Shown here: piece by piece, positions 21,373-29,982 of the stretch
How the letters are laid out: each line of letters starts with the position of its first letter
How positions within the stretch are numbered: position 1 is the first letter of the stretch
DNA from: Alphaproteobacteria bacterium
GTDB lineage: Bacteria > Pseudomonadota > Alphaproteobacteria > SP197
NCBI GenBank assembly: GCA_964291415.2
Contig: OZ219918.1
Span: forward strand, 384,001-448,000
Direction of reading: 5' to 3'
Length of the DNA: 64,000 nucleotides
Made by a program: the position numbers and the translations under genes
Notes under the pieces: generated by a model
Told to the model about the DNA's origin: nothing
Database searches by the model: none
What the model saw: the letters and a program-made list of their open reading frames with translations, nothing else

Positions 21373-22326
21373 ATGGCGGCCGCCTCAAGCCCGATCAAGA
21401 CCTCAAGCGTTCGCATGAGCCCGGATGACGCCCGAATGGAAGCGGCGATCATCTTCGATTCGCACTTGCCCGATGCGCTTGGCCGCGCTCTCGACTACGC
21501 GGGCGAAGAGGGCTTCGTGGCATCCCTGCCGCAGCTGCTGCGCGCCCGTACCGACGCGCCTTACGACAACGAGATCTGGAACATCCACGCCTTTACCTCC
21601 AACTCCGAGGAAAGCGTGGTCAGGACGCGACAAGACAACCACGTGGCGGTGATTGTCCATGGTGGCGGAATCTTCGCGTCCCCCGAGCGGTTTCGCAAGC
21701 TCTATCGGGCGAGCACCAGCCGCCATTCGGAATTCGGCTTCACCGGCCTGTTCGGCGCCAAGATCAGCGAAGCGGAAGCCTCGGCCCTTCTCGACGGCCG
21801 GCTGCCCGATGGCACCGATATCCCGGTGCTCTCATACGACGAGCTCAAGAGGGCGACCTCCGGTCTGCCGCGGCGCTATGGCGTGGTGCTGGACTTCGAT
21901 ACGGCCAGGACTTCGGCCAACGGCAACATCGCCTTCGATGCTCTCAAGGACGACCCTGTGATGATCGCCCGCGCCGGCGGAGTCGAAGCGGCCGAGACGT
22001 ACCTCGACAGGGCGAGGGATCGAGGGACCGCGAGCGTGATGGGCAGTTGGCACTGCTTCGGCGACGTTGATCCCGATCAGCCCCAGACGCGCGTCTTGTT
22101 CCTCGGCGGCACGGAAGGCGGCGCCGAGATGGAAGTCCGCCGTGCCCTTCCGGACAAGGAACGGGGCTACGTCGGCATCTGGGGGACCCACTACCGGATG
22201 CCGATTGAGGCGGAGTTCGGTATCCGCGGAGATACCAGCATGATCAATGTGGCGCGCTACGTTGCCGTCGCTCCGCGGAACCCGTCGACGAGTTTGCGCG
22301 ACCTTCCCTTCACGGGCTGGACTTGA
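21373..22326 (+). CDS. Hypothetical protein, paralogue A of a tandem pair
   Basis: Coding-like codon usage; end-to-end similarity to the next ORF; start could be 21415 or 21436. Confidence 0.85.
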   Translation: MAAASSPIKTSSVRMSPDDARMEAAIIFDSHLPDALGRALDYAGEEGFVASLPQLLRARTDAPYDNEIWNIHAFTSNSEESVVRTRQDNHVAVIVHGGGIFASPERFRKLYRASTSRHSEFGFTGLFGAKISEAEASALLDGRLPDGTDIPVLSYDELKRATSGLPRRYGVVLDFDTARTSANGNIAFDALKDDPVMIARAGGVEAAETYLDRARDRGTASVMGSWHCFGDVDPDQPQTRVLFLGGTEGGAEMEVRRALPDKERGYVGIWGTHYRMPIEAEFGIRGDTSMINVARYVAVAPRNPSTSLRDLPFTGWT

Positions 22327-22361
22327 TCACAATCCACCATATGCGAAAGGACGACATCACC

Positions 22362-23213
22362 ATGGCCGAGATCAGGATGGAAGCAGAGATCGTCTTCGAT
22401 ACCCACGTTCCAACTGCTTTGCGGCGGGCCCTGGACTATGCCGGCGAGGAGGGTTTCGTGGCGTCCTTGCCGCAGCTGTTGCACGCCCGCGCGAATGCGC
22501 CATACGACAACATCATCTGGAACACCTGGTTCACCTCCTACACGGAGGAGAACGTGGTCACGACCCCCCGGGGGACCCATGTCATCGTCGTGGTCCATGG
22601 CGGGGGAATCTATGCCTCGCCGGAGCGCTTCGAGCGAACCTATCGGGCGAGCGTCGACCGCAACAGCCCGGAGGGGTTTACAGGGCAGTACTCCGGGAAG
22701 CTGTCGCCCAGGGAGGCCAGCGACGTTCTGAATGGCCGGCTGCCGGACGGCACCGAGATTCCGATCTACCCCTTCGACGAATTCAGGCGGGGGATCTCGA
22801 ACCTGCCTCGGCGTTACGGTGTCGTCCTCGACTTCGAACTGGCGCGCCAGTCGACCCGCGGCTTCGATACCTTCGAAGTCCTGAGGGACGAGCCGAACCT
22901 GATCGCCCGCGCCGGCGGCCCGGAACCTTTGGCTGCCTACCTCGACAAGGCGCAAGCCCGCCGCAACACCAGAGTGATGGGCAACTGGCACCCCTACAAC
23001 CGGATCGATCCGAGCCAGCCTCAGACCCGTGTCGTGTTTCTGGCCGGCAATCAAGGCGGCGTGGGATCCGAGGATGACGACGACGATGACTATGGCTACG
23101 ACGCGGAGTATGGCATCGGCGGTGATGCCTGCATTCACAACATGGCCCGTTACGTTGCAGTGGCGCCCCGCGATGTCACGACGAGCCTGCGGAATCTGGA
23201 CTTCGAGACCTGA
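22362..23213 (+). CDS. Hypothetical protein, paralogue B of a tandem pair
   Basis: AAAGGA RBS before ATG 22362; shares 'RALDYAGEEGFVASLPQLL', 'HGGGI', 'GRLPDGT', 'LPRRYGVVLDF', 'ARYVAVAPR' with A. Confidence 0.87.
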   Translation: MAEIRMEAEIVFDTHVPTALRRALDYAGEEGFVASLPQLLHARANAPYDNIIWNTWFTSYTEENVVTTPRGTHVIVVVHGGGIYASPERFERTYRASVDRNSPEGFTGQYSGKLSPREASDVLNGRLPDGTEIPIYPFDEFRRGISNLPRRYGVVLDFELARQSTRGFDTFEVLRDEPNLIARAGGPEPLAAYLDKAQARRNTRVMGNWHPYNRIDPSQPQTRVVFLAGNQGGVGSEDDDDDDYGYDAEYGIGGDACIHNMARYVAVAPRDVTTSLRNLDFET

Positions 23214-23428
23214 ACGACAGCTCTGAGACGGCCGAGCCGGGGCCACCACCGATCGATTTGTGTCATGCGACGGTCAAGTGCCTCGGTGGTGACCGGATTG
23301 CCGACCGGATGGTGGTCGGAGCGAACGTCGCCGCGGGGCCGTCGCCCCAGCCGTTCGTCGGACTGGAGGTTTACGCCCGGCTGGCGTGGTACAGGTGAAG
23401 TCGACGGGCAGAAGCGTGAGGCCGGGGA

Positions 23429-24256
23429 ATGCGCAACAGACTTTTTGTCCTGGATCTGGGCCGCATGCGCATGGCGCGCCGGAGCTTCCTGGGCGACCTC
23501 GCGAACGACGATCCGGCGGCGGCCGAAATGGTAACCTTCCCGGTCTCCGCCTACCTGATCGATGGGCCAGAGGGGCGCATCCTCTACGACACCGGGTGCC
23601 ACCCCGAGGCGATGACGCCGGACGGTCGCTGGTCTGGGTCCTTTCAAGCTGACTTTCCCTGGGAGCCAGGACCGGACGGCGAAGCCTGCCAGTTGCCCAA
23701 CCGTCTGGAGCAGCTGGGACTCGGCCCCGATGACATCAGGCACGTGGTGCTCTCCCACATGCACTCGGATCACGCCGGGTGCGTCGAGTTCTTCCGAAAG
23801 TCCCAGATCATCGTCCACCGTGCCGAGATGGATCTGGCGCGCGCCTATCACCGGCGCCGGGACCCCGACAGCTCCTATGCCTGGAAGGACGTCGCCCAGT
23901 GGCTCGCGCTGGACCTCGACTGGCGTTTTGTCGAGGATCACGAACGTGAACTGGTCCTGAGCGAGGCAATCACGCTGCTGAACTGGGGAGCCGGCCACTC
24001 GGCGGGAATGCTGGGACTCGAGGTCGATCTGGAAGAGACCGGAGCCGTGATTCTCGCCTCCGACGCCGTCTTCACCCTGGAGAACTTTGGCCCACCGGCT
24101 CGACCCTCGGGATATCCCCTGGCACCGGGCAAGGCCGCGCGCACCGTCGAAACGATCCGCACCCGCGCCCGGCGCCTGAACGCGAAAGTATGGTGCGGCC
24201 ACGACATGGCGCAGTTCATGAACCTCCGGCACTCGACGGAAGGCTGCTACGAGTGA
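23429..24256 (+). CDS. N-acyl-homoserine lactonase (AttM/AiiB-type metallo-beta-lactamase fold)
   Basis: 'YDTGC', HxHxDH 'HMHSDH', 'GHSAG', 'LASDA', 'CGHD'. Confidence 0.88.
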   Translation: MRNRLFVLDLGRMRMARRSFLGDLANDDPAAAEMVTFPVSAYLIDGPEGRILYDTGCHPEAMTPDGRWSGSFQADFPWEPGPDGEACQLPNRLEQLGLGPDDIRHVVLSHMHSDHAGCVEFFRKSQIIVHRAEMDLARAYHRRRDPDSSYAWKDVAQWLALDLDWRFVEDHERELVLSEAITLLNWGAGHSAGMLGLEVDLEETGAVILASDAVFTLENFGPPARPSGYPLAPGKAARTVETIRTRARRLNAKVWCGHDMAQFMNLRHSTEGCYE

Positions 24257-24279
24257 CGCGTGGTCATACCCGTGGAGGA

Positions 24280-24300
24280 GCTGTCTTGCGGAAAGACAGC
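24280..24300 (+). terminator. Hairpin downstream of the lactonase
   Basis: gctgtctt-gcgga-aagacagc, 8-bp stem, no clear U-tract. Confidence 0.35.
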
Positions 24301-24642
24301 CGGCTGGATTGACCAATCGCTCCGACACGCATTCAGAGGGAAGCGGTCCGCGAAGCCAGCGACATTGATGAACGGCGCCTGCCTCTCGGACAGTGTCTGT
24401 CTGGCCATCCATCGCCCGCCATTCGCATCGAAGGTCGCGAAGGGTGGTCCCGGTTCGCATTCAGCCATTCCATGGGGGGTGCAAGACTGTTCTGGACCAC
24501 GTGACTGCATGGCGACGAGATGGATTGGTCCTTCGTGTGCCTGGGAAAGCGGACAATCGAGTCAATTGCTGCGAGCGAAGGAACCTCCCGGAGACTGCAA
24601 CAGCTTTGCGAACCGGGACGAGGTGACGTAGGTGTTTCGGCG

Positions 24643-25224
24643 ATGTTCGAGCGCCTCTACGCCAGGACCATGGATCTTGCCGCCAGCCGTCATGCGGTCT
24701 GGTGGCTGCTGGCGCTCGCCGTCGCCGAGGCTTCCTTCTTCCCGGTGCCCGTCGAGGCCCTGCTCCTGCCGATGATGTTCGCGACGCCCTCCAGGGCCTG
24801 GTTTCTTGCCCTTCTCGCCACAGTCGGAACCGTGGTGGGCGGTGTCACGGGCTACGTCATCGGGCTGTTTCTCCAGGATGCCGTCGCCTGGCCCGTCCTC
24901 GAGTTCTACGGTTACACGGAGGTCTACGCGGAGTACGCCGAGCTCTACAACGTGTGGGGAGTCTGGATTGTCCTGGCCGGCGGATTCACGCCGATTCCCT
25001 ACAAGGTGGTGACCCTGGCGTCCGGCGCCATGCACCTCGACATCTGGGTCTTCGTCGCCGCCTCCGCCGTCTCGCGCGGCCTGCGGTTCGCTATCGAGGC
25101 GGCACTGCTGTCGTGGTTTGCCGTACCGGTACGCGGCCTCGTGGAACGCCACCTTACCCTGGCGGGCCTGGCCATGCTGGTTGCGCTGATTGCCGGTTTC
25201 GTCGCCATCAAGTGGTTCTTGTAG
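24643..25224 (+). CDS. YqaA/DedA-family membrane protein
   Basis: 'AEASFFPVP', 'GTVVGGVTGY', 'GFTPIPYKVVTLASG', 'SRGLRF'. Confidence 0.9.
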   Translation: MFERLYARTMDLAASRHAVWWLLALAVAEASFFPVPVEALLLPMMFATPSRAWFLALLATVGTVVGGVTGYVIGLFLQDAVAWPVLEFYGYTEVYAEYAELYNVWGVWIVLAGGFTPIPYKVVTLASGAMHLDIWVFVAASAVSRGLRFAIEAALLSWFAVPVRGLVERHLTLAGLAMLVALIAGFVAIKWFL

Positions 25225-25257
25225 GAATCCGTGGAGCGGCGTCATACTCGCACTTCG

Positions 25258-25758
25258 ATGACCGTCCTCTCTCCCATGGTGCCATGGCAACGCCCCAGGC
25301 TGCTTGCCGGCCTGCTCGGCCTCGCCAGTGCCGCCTGCCTCGCCACAGCCTTCTGGTTCCAGTACGTGGCGGGCCTCGAGCCCTGCCCCCTGTGCATCGA
25401 CCAGCGCTGGGCCCACGGCGCATCCATTGCCGTTGCGGCCGCCTCGGTTGCTGTCATGACGCCGGGGCGGGCGCCGATCATGCTGGCGGCCCTTGCCCTT
25501 GCCTTCCTTGCCGGAACCGCTATCGCCGCCTGGCACGTCATGGTTGAATGGCACTGGGTGGCGTCGCCGGGGTGCAGCCCGCCGGAGTTCGGGGACATGT
25601 CGATCGATTCCTTTCTCTCCATTGAAGTCGTGCGGTGCGACGAGGTCGCGTGGTCGATGGCAGGCGTGTCCATGGCCGGGTGGAACGCCATTGTTTCCTT
25701 CATGCTGGCCGCCGTCGCCATCACCGGTTGTCTGGCGTCGTTGCGGGGACTGAAGTGA
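25258..25758 (+). CDS. dsbB: Disulfide bond formation protein B
   Basis: 'GLEPCPLCIDQR', second Cys pair 'PGC...VRCDE', 'SMAGWN'. Confidence 0.9.
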   Translation: MTVLSPMVPWQRPRLLAGLLGLASAACLATAFWFQYVAGLEPCPLCIDQRWAHGASIAVAAASVAVMTPGRAPIMLAALALAFLAGTAIAAWHVMVEWHWVASPGCSPPEFGDMSIDSFLSIEVVRCDEVAWSMAGVSMAGWNAIVSFMLAAVAITGCLASLRGLK

Positions 25759-26315
25759 CGGCAGGACGGCATACCCGCGATGGACTCCTGCCCGGTGACG
25801 GCACGGTGCGCGACACCGTCAATGCCATGATCCGGGTCGACCATGCCGGAGAATTCGGCGCCAGGCGGATCTATGACGGGCAGCTGGCCGTGCTCGGCGA
25901 CACCAAGGCAGGCAAGATCATTCGCCGCATGGCGGAACAGGAACAGAAACACCTCGACCGTTTCGACGAACTGATCGTCGCACGGCGGGTCCGGCCGACC
26001 GTGCTCTCGCCGCTTTGGCATATGGCGGGCTTTGCGCTTGGCGTTGGTTCCGCTCTTCTGGGGCCCCGTGCCGCCATGGCGTGCACCGAAGCCGTCGAGA
26101 GCGTCATCAGCGAGCACTACGCCGATCAGGCCCGGCGCCTGGGAGACGACGAGGCGGACCTCAGGGCCACCATCGAGGAGTTTCGCCAGGACGAGATGTC
26201 CCATCACGATACCGCCCTGGAGCACGGTGCTCGCGAGGCGCCCGCGCACACCCTTCTCACCGGTGCCATCCGCCGCGGCACACGCCTTGCCATCCGCCTG
26301 TCGACCAGGTTGTGA
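25755..26315 (+). CDS. coq7: Demethoxyubiquinone hydroxylase (Coq7, di-iron)
   Basis: 'IRVDHAGEFGARRIYDGQ', 'QEQKH', 'AMACTEAVESVISEHY', 'DEMSH'. Confidence 0.92.
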   Translation: MTAGRHTRDGLLPGDGTVRDTVNAMIRVDHAGEFGARRIYDGQLAVLGDTKAGKIIRRMAEQEQKHLDRFDELIVARRVRPTVLSPLWHMAGFALGVGSALLGPRAAMACTEAVESVISEHYADQARRLGDDEADLRATIEEFRQDEMSHHDTALEHGAREAPAHTLLTGAIRRGTRLAIRLSTRL

Positions 26316-26390
26316 CATGGTGGTCCGGGTTCGCCCGGACCACGCCCCGCCACGTTGCCGGTCCTTCGGCCAGGCCCGGACGCGAGGGTA

Positions 26391-27008
26391 TCAATCCGAG
26401 ACGAGTTCGCTGTCCCAGTAGAGGTAGTCGCGCCAGTGCTCGTGAAGAAAGTTTGGCGGAAATGACTGTCCGTTGCGGCGCAGCTGGAAGGTCGTCGGCG
26501 CAACCGGTCTGGCGAGAGGAAACATCCGGGCCTCGCCCGGCATCCTGTTGCCTTTTGCCATGTTGCAGGTCCGGCACGCCGTCACGACATTGCTCCAGGA
26601 AGCCCGGCCGCCTCGCGAGCGGGGGATCACGTGGTCGAACGTGAGGTCACGGGTCTCGAAGCGCAATCCGCAGTACTGGCATGAGAACCGGTCGCGCAGG
26701 AACACGTTGAACCGGGTGAAGGCCGGCCGCTTGTTGAGCGGGATGTAGCTGCGCAGGGCGATGACGCTGGGAAGCCGCATCTCGAATGACGGCGAGCGGA
26801 CCGTGTGATCGTAGGCGCTCACGGTCTCCACGCGATCGAGAAACACCGCCTTGACCGCCTCCTGCCACGGCCAGACCGAAAGCGGGAAGTAGCTCAGCGG
26901 CTTGTAGTCCGCATTGAGGACCAGAGCCGGACATGTCTGGAGCGATACCACTGGCAGTGTTTCCGGAGGTGAGAAATCCAAAATATTGGCGTCATTCGGC
27001 GGCATCAT
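26391..27008 (-). CDS. HNH endonuclease (McrA-like, common stand-alone alphaproteobacterial type)
   Basis: 'LVLNADYKPLS', 'RDRFSCQYCG', 'LTFDHVIPRSRGG', 'ACRTCNMAKG'. Confidence 0.93.
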   Translation of the reverse strand: MMPPNDANILDFSPPETLPVVSLQTCPALVLNADYKPLSYFPLSVWPWQEAVKAVFLDRVETVSAYDHTVRSPSFEMRLPSVIALRSYIPLNKRPAFTRFNVFLRDRFSCQYCGLRFETRDLTFDHVIPRSRGGRASWSNVVTACRTCNMAKGNRMPGEARMFPLARPVAPTTFQLRRNGQSFPPNFLHEHWRDYLYWDSELVSD

Positions 27009-27168
27009 AGCGGCTGGCGGCCAGATGTTAACCCTCGGGATTCCGTTCCCTTGAGATGACGTGACGACGGTGATGTCCTGCCACGGGCCATGGACTCAAT
27101 CCGTCCATCCGTCATATCAGTTTCATGGCCCCGGATTCGGGTCATGCAACGACAAGGGGAAGAGGCTG

Positions 27169-28392
27169 ATGGCCCTGGCGCTCGACGGCATTGTGGTTCT
27201 CGATCTTTCACGCATTCTCGCCGGTCCCTGGTGCACCCAGATCCTTGCCGATCTGGGGGCGACCGTGATCAAGGTCGAGAGGCCGGGAACCGGTGACGAC
27301 ACCCGTGCCTGGGGACCGCCCTACCTGAAGGACGGCGCCGGCGAGGACACTACGGAGGCGGCATACTACCTTGCGGCCAACCGCGGAAAGCAGTCGCTGA
27401 CGCTCAACATCGCGACACCCCGGGGGAAGGCCATCGCCCGCGAACTGGCCGCAAGGGCCGATATCCTGGTCGAGAACTACAAGGTCGGCGGTCTCGAAAA
27501 GTACGGTCTCGACTATCCCGCTCTTCGTTCCCTCAACCCCGGGCTCATCTACTGTTCGATCACGGGCTTCGGGCAGACGGGCCCCTATGCGGCGCGGGCC
27601 GGCTACGACTTCGTCATCCAGGGCCTGTGCGGTTTCATGTCGGTCACCGGGGAACGCGACGACCTGCCGGGCGGCGGGCCGCAAAAGGCGGGTGTCGCCA
27701 TCACCGACCTGACCACCGGCCTCTACAGCGCCATCGCCATTCTGGCCGCTCTCAATCACCGGCACGCGACCGGCGAGGGACAGTACATCGACATGGCGCT
27801 CTCGGACTGCGCCGTGGCGCTCATGGCCAACATGAACATGAACTACCTGACCACAGGAGTTGCGCCGAAGCGCTACGGCAACGCCCACCAGAACCTGCTC
27901 CCCTACCAGGCGTTCGACACGGCCGACGACCCCGTCATCATCGCCATCGGCAACGACACGCAGTTCCGCCGCTGGTGCGGTCTCGCTGACGCGCCGGAAC
28001 TGGCCGACGACGAGCGTTTCGCCACCAATCCGGCACGCATCCGCCATCGTGAACTCCTGGTGGAAAAGGTCGTCGGCCTGATGAAGCGGCGCCCCCGCGC
28101 CTGGTGGGTCGAGCACCTGGAGAGAGAGGGCATTCCCTACGGTGTGGTGAACAACTTCCAACAGGTCTACGAGGACCCGCACATCCAGGCGCGCGGCATG
28201 AAGTTCGACATGGATCACCCGCTCGCCGGTACGGTTCCCCTGGTCCGCAGTCCGGTCAATCTGGAGGGCACGCCTCCCGGCTATCAGCGCCCGCCGCCGC
28301 TCCTGGGCGAACACACCGACACCGTCCTCGGGACGCTGCTCGGCAAGTCGGAGGACGAAATCGCGGATCTCAGGCAAGCCGGCGTCGTGTAG
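27169..28392 (+). CDS. CaiB/BaiF family III CoA-transferase
   Basis: 'LDLSRILAGPW..Q.LADLGA.VIKVE', 'NRGKQSL', 'GYD', 'PPLLGEHT'. Confidence 0.95.
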   Translation: MALALDGIVVLDLSRILAGPWCTQILADLGATVIKVERPGTGDDTRAWGPPYLKDGAGEDTTEAAYYLAANRGKQSLTLNIATPRGKAIARELAARADILVENYKVGGLEKYGLDYPALRSLNPGLIYCSITGFGQTGPYAARAGYDFVIQGLCGFMSVTGERDDLPGGGPQKAGVAITDLTTGLYSAIAILAALNHRHATGEGQYIDMALSDCAVALMANMNMNYLTTGVAPKRYGNAHQNLLPYQAFDTADDPVIIAIGNDTQFRRWCGLADAPELADDERFATNPARIRHRELLVEKVVGLMKRRPRAWWVEHLEREGIPYGVVNNFQQVYEDPHIQARGMKFDMDHPLAGTVPLVRSPVNLEGTPPGYQRPPPLLGEHTDTVLGTLLGKSEDEIADLRQAGVV

Positions 28393-28483
28393 CGGCTATC
28401 CGGCGGACCCGGAACCGGACCGGCGTGGCATCACGCCGCCCGGGTCCTTGTTGCCGGCGCCGCCCGTCACGCAGCTTCGGCAG

Positions 28484-28858
28484 TCAGTGACAGGTTTCTG
28501 CCAGGCGCGCGAAATCGCTGTCCGATGTTTCGAGAGTGGCCCCGTGAGACCGGGCACAGGCAGCGATCAGGATGTCCGTAGCAGGCACGGTGACTCCATG
28601 CGCCCTGGCTCGCCGGGCCATATCGTAGGCCATGGTCCAGACCCGGTCATCCACGTCGAGGCTTGGAAGTGTCCTTGCGAACTCCCGAAGTGCCTTGCGC
28701 TCCCGTTCTCCGCGGGCGCCGTTCCACAACTCGAGCTGCACCGGTGGGCACCAGCAGGCGTGACCTCCGGTGAGTGCGGCTATGACACGCTCCCGCACGG
28801 CCGGGTCTCCGTCAGTCCGGAGCAAGTGGATCCAGCTTGATGTATCGATCAGAATCAC
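28484..28858 (-). CDS. vapC: VapC-type PIN-domain toxin
   Basis: 'ILIDTSSW', 'ELWNG', 'DILIAACA', 'TSDSDF'. Confidence 0.9.
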   Translation of the reverse strand: MILIDTSSWIHLLRTDGDPAVRERVIAALTGGHACWCPPVQLELWNGARGERERKALREFARTLPSLDVDDRVWTMAYDMARRARAHGVTVPATDILIAACARSHGATLETSDSDFARLAETCH

Positions 28859-28861
28859 GGA

Positions 28862-29066
28862 TCAACGCCGACGGCGCTGGGCCTGAAGTTCCTCTTGCGT
28901 CATCAGATTCTCGCACGTTCCCGCATAGTCGACCAATTCTGGCCATGCGCATGCGACGGTTGAAATCCGCGATGGCGATGACAACGGCCTCGCGCTTCGT
29001 CCGCGCGTTTGTGAAGCGGATTGCATCCTCAAGCTCGGAATCCGGAATATCGATGGTGGTTTTCAT
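28862..29066 (-). CDS. vapB: VapB-type antitoxin with an apparent +1 frameshift near 28940
   Basis: RHH start 'MKTTIDIPDSELEDAIRFT.ARTKREAV'; removing one base restores 'MAELVDYAGTCENLMTQEELQAQRRRR*' ending 3 nt before vapC. Confidence 0.8.
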
Positions 29067-29072
29067 GATGCC

Positions 29073-29101
29073 AAGATAGGTGCATTGAGGGTGCAAGTCA
29101 A
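29073..29101 (-). promoter_or_regulatory. sigma70-type promoter of vapBC, probably leaderless
   Basis: TTGACT-N17-TATCTT, 6 nt before the ATG; tgcacc direct repeats in the spacer. Confidence 0.6.
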
Positions 29102-29214
29102 AGTTCGGCACGCATACACTTGTCGGGTCGAACGTCCGACTCCGGTGAAGTGTCCGATCCGCAACTCGGAAAGCACGGCAATGGTTGCAAATGAGCCGAA
29201 ACGGCTTCGCGCTG

Positions 29215-29865
29215 TCAACTGTTCCGCATCGCGTTCTTCAGGAAGTCGGCGGCGAAACCCAGGGATTCGGGGTCGATGCCATGTCCGATGCCCCTTGAGA
29301 CATGCCACTGGACGGGCACGTCGTGCCCGCCGAGCGTGTCGACCGCGCTGTGCAGCATGGCGAAGGGAACGACCTCGTCGGCATCGCCGTGACACAGGAA
29401 GACCGGCGGCCTGCTGACGATCTCCTGGCCCAGGGTCTCTTCCTCGATCAGCATGCCGGAAAACCCCGCCACGGCAGCGGCCGGTTGCCGTCGGCGCAGC
29501 GCCACATGAAGCGCCATCATGCAACCCTGGCTGAATCCCAGAAAGGCAAGGGCCCGGTCGTCGAGACCGAGGCGCTCGAGTTCCGAATCGACCCAGGCGT
29601 TGATCATGTCGCTGGCCCGGTCGATCCCCTGTCGTGCACGATCCGGGCGCCTCTCCATCAGGGAGTACCATTGGCGGCCGGCCGGGTTCTGATCACACCG
29701 GTCGGGAGCATCGGGACTGCTGATCCGGGCCTGGGGAAGGGTTGTCTGCAGGGGCCCGGCAAGACCGATCAGGTCATTGCCGTTCGCACCCCAGCCATGC
29801 AGCAGCACGACAAGCTGGCGTGTTTGCCCCTTTCGGGGCGGCACGGCAGGTCCTGACAGTGGCAT
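29215..29865 (-). CDS. Phospholipase/carboxylesterase (alpha/beta hydrolase)
   Basis: 'LLHGWGANG.DL', 'GFSQG', 'HGDADEVVP', 'GHGI'. Confidence 0.92.
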   Translation of the reverse strand: MPLSGPAVPPRKGQTRQLVVLLHGWGANGNDLIGLAGPLQTTLPQARISSPDAPDRCDQNPAGRQWYSLMERRPDRARQGIDRASDMINAWVDSELERLGLDDRALAFLGFSQGCMMALHVALRRRQPAAAVAGFSGMLIEEETLGQEIVSRPPVFLCHGDADEVVPFAMLHSAVDTLGGHDVPVQWHVSRGIGHGIDPESLGFAADFLKNAMRNS

Positions 29866-29982
29866 GGCAATCAACTCCCCACACGTTCCGGTCATCTGCC
29901 TAAAGATCGATCCTCTTCCTCGTCGTTGTCCAGACCTTCCATGCAGGTCCGGAGGCTGTATCGTTGACGAGAGGTTCCGTCC

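Noticed and set aside
26391-27008. HNH gene as a homing endonuclease or IscB/Cas9-like element
   Set aside because: Short stand-alone McrA-like type; no RuvC motifs, intron, repeats or array
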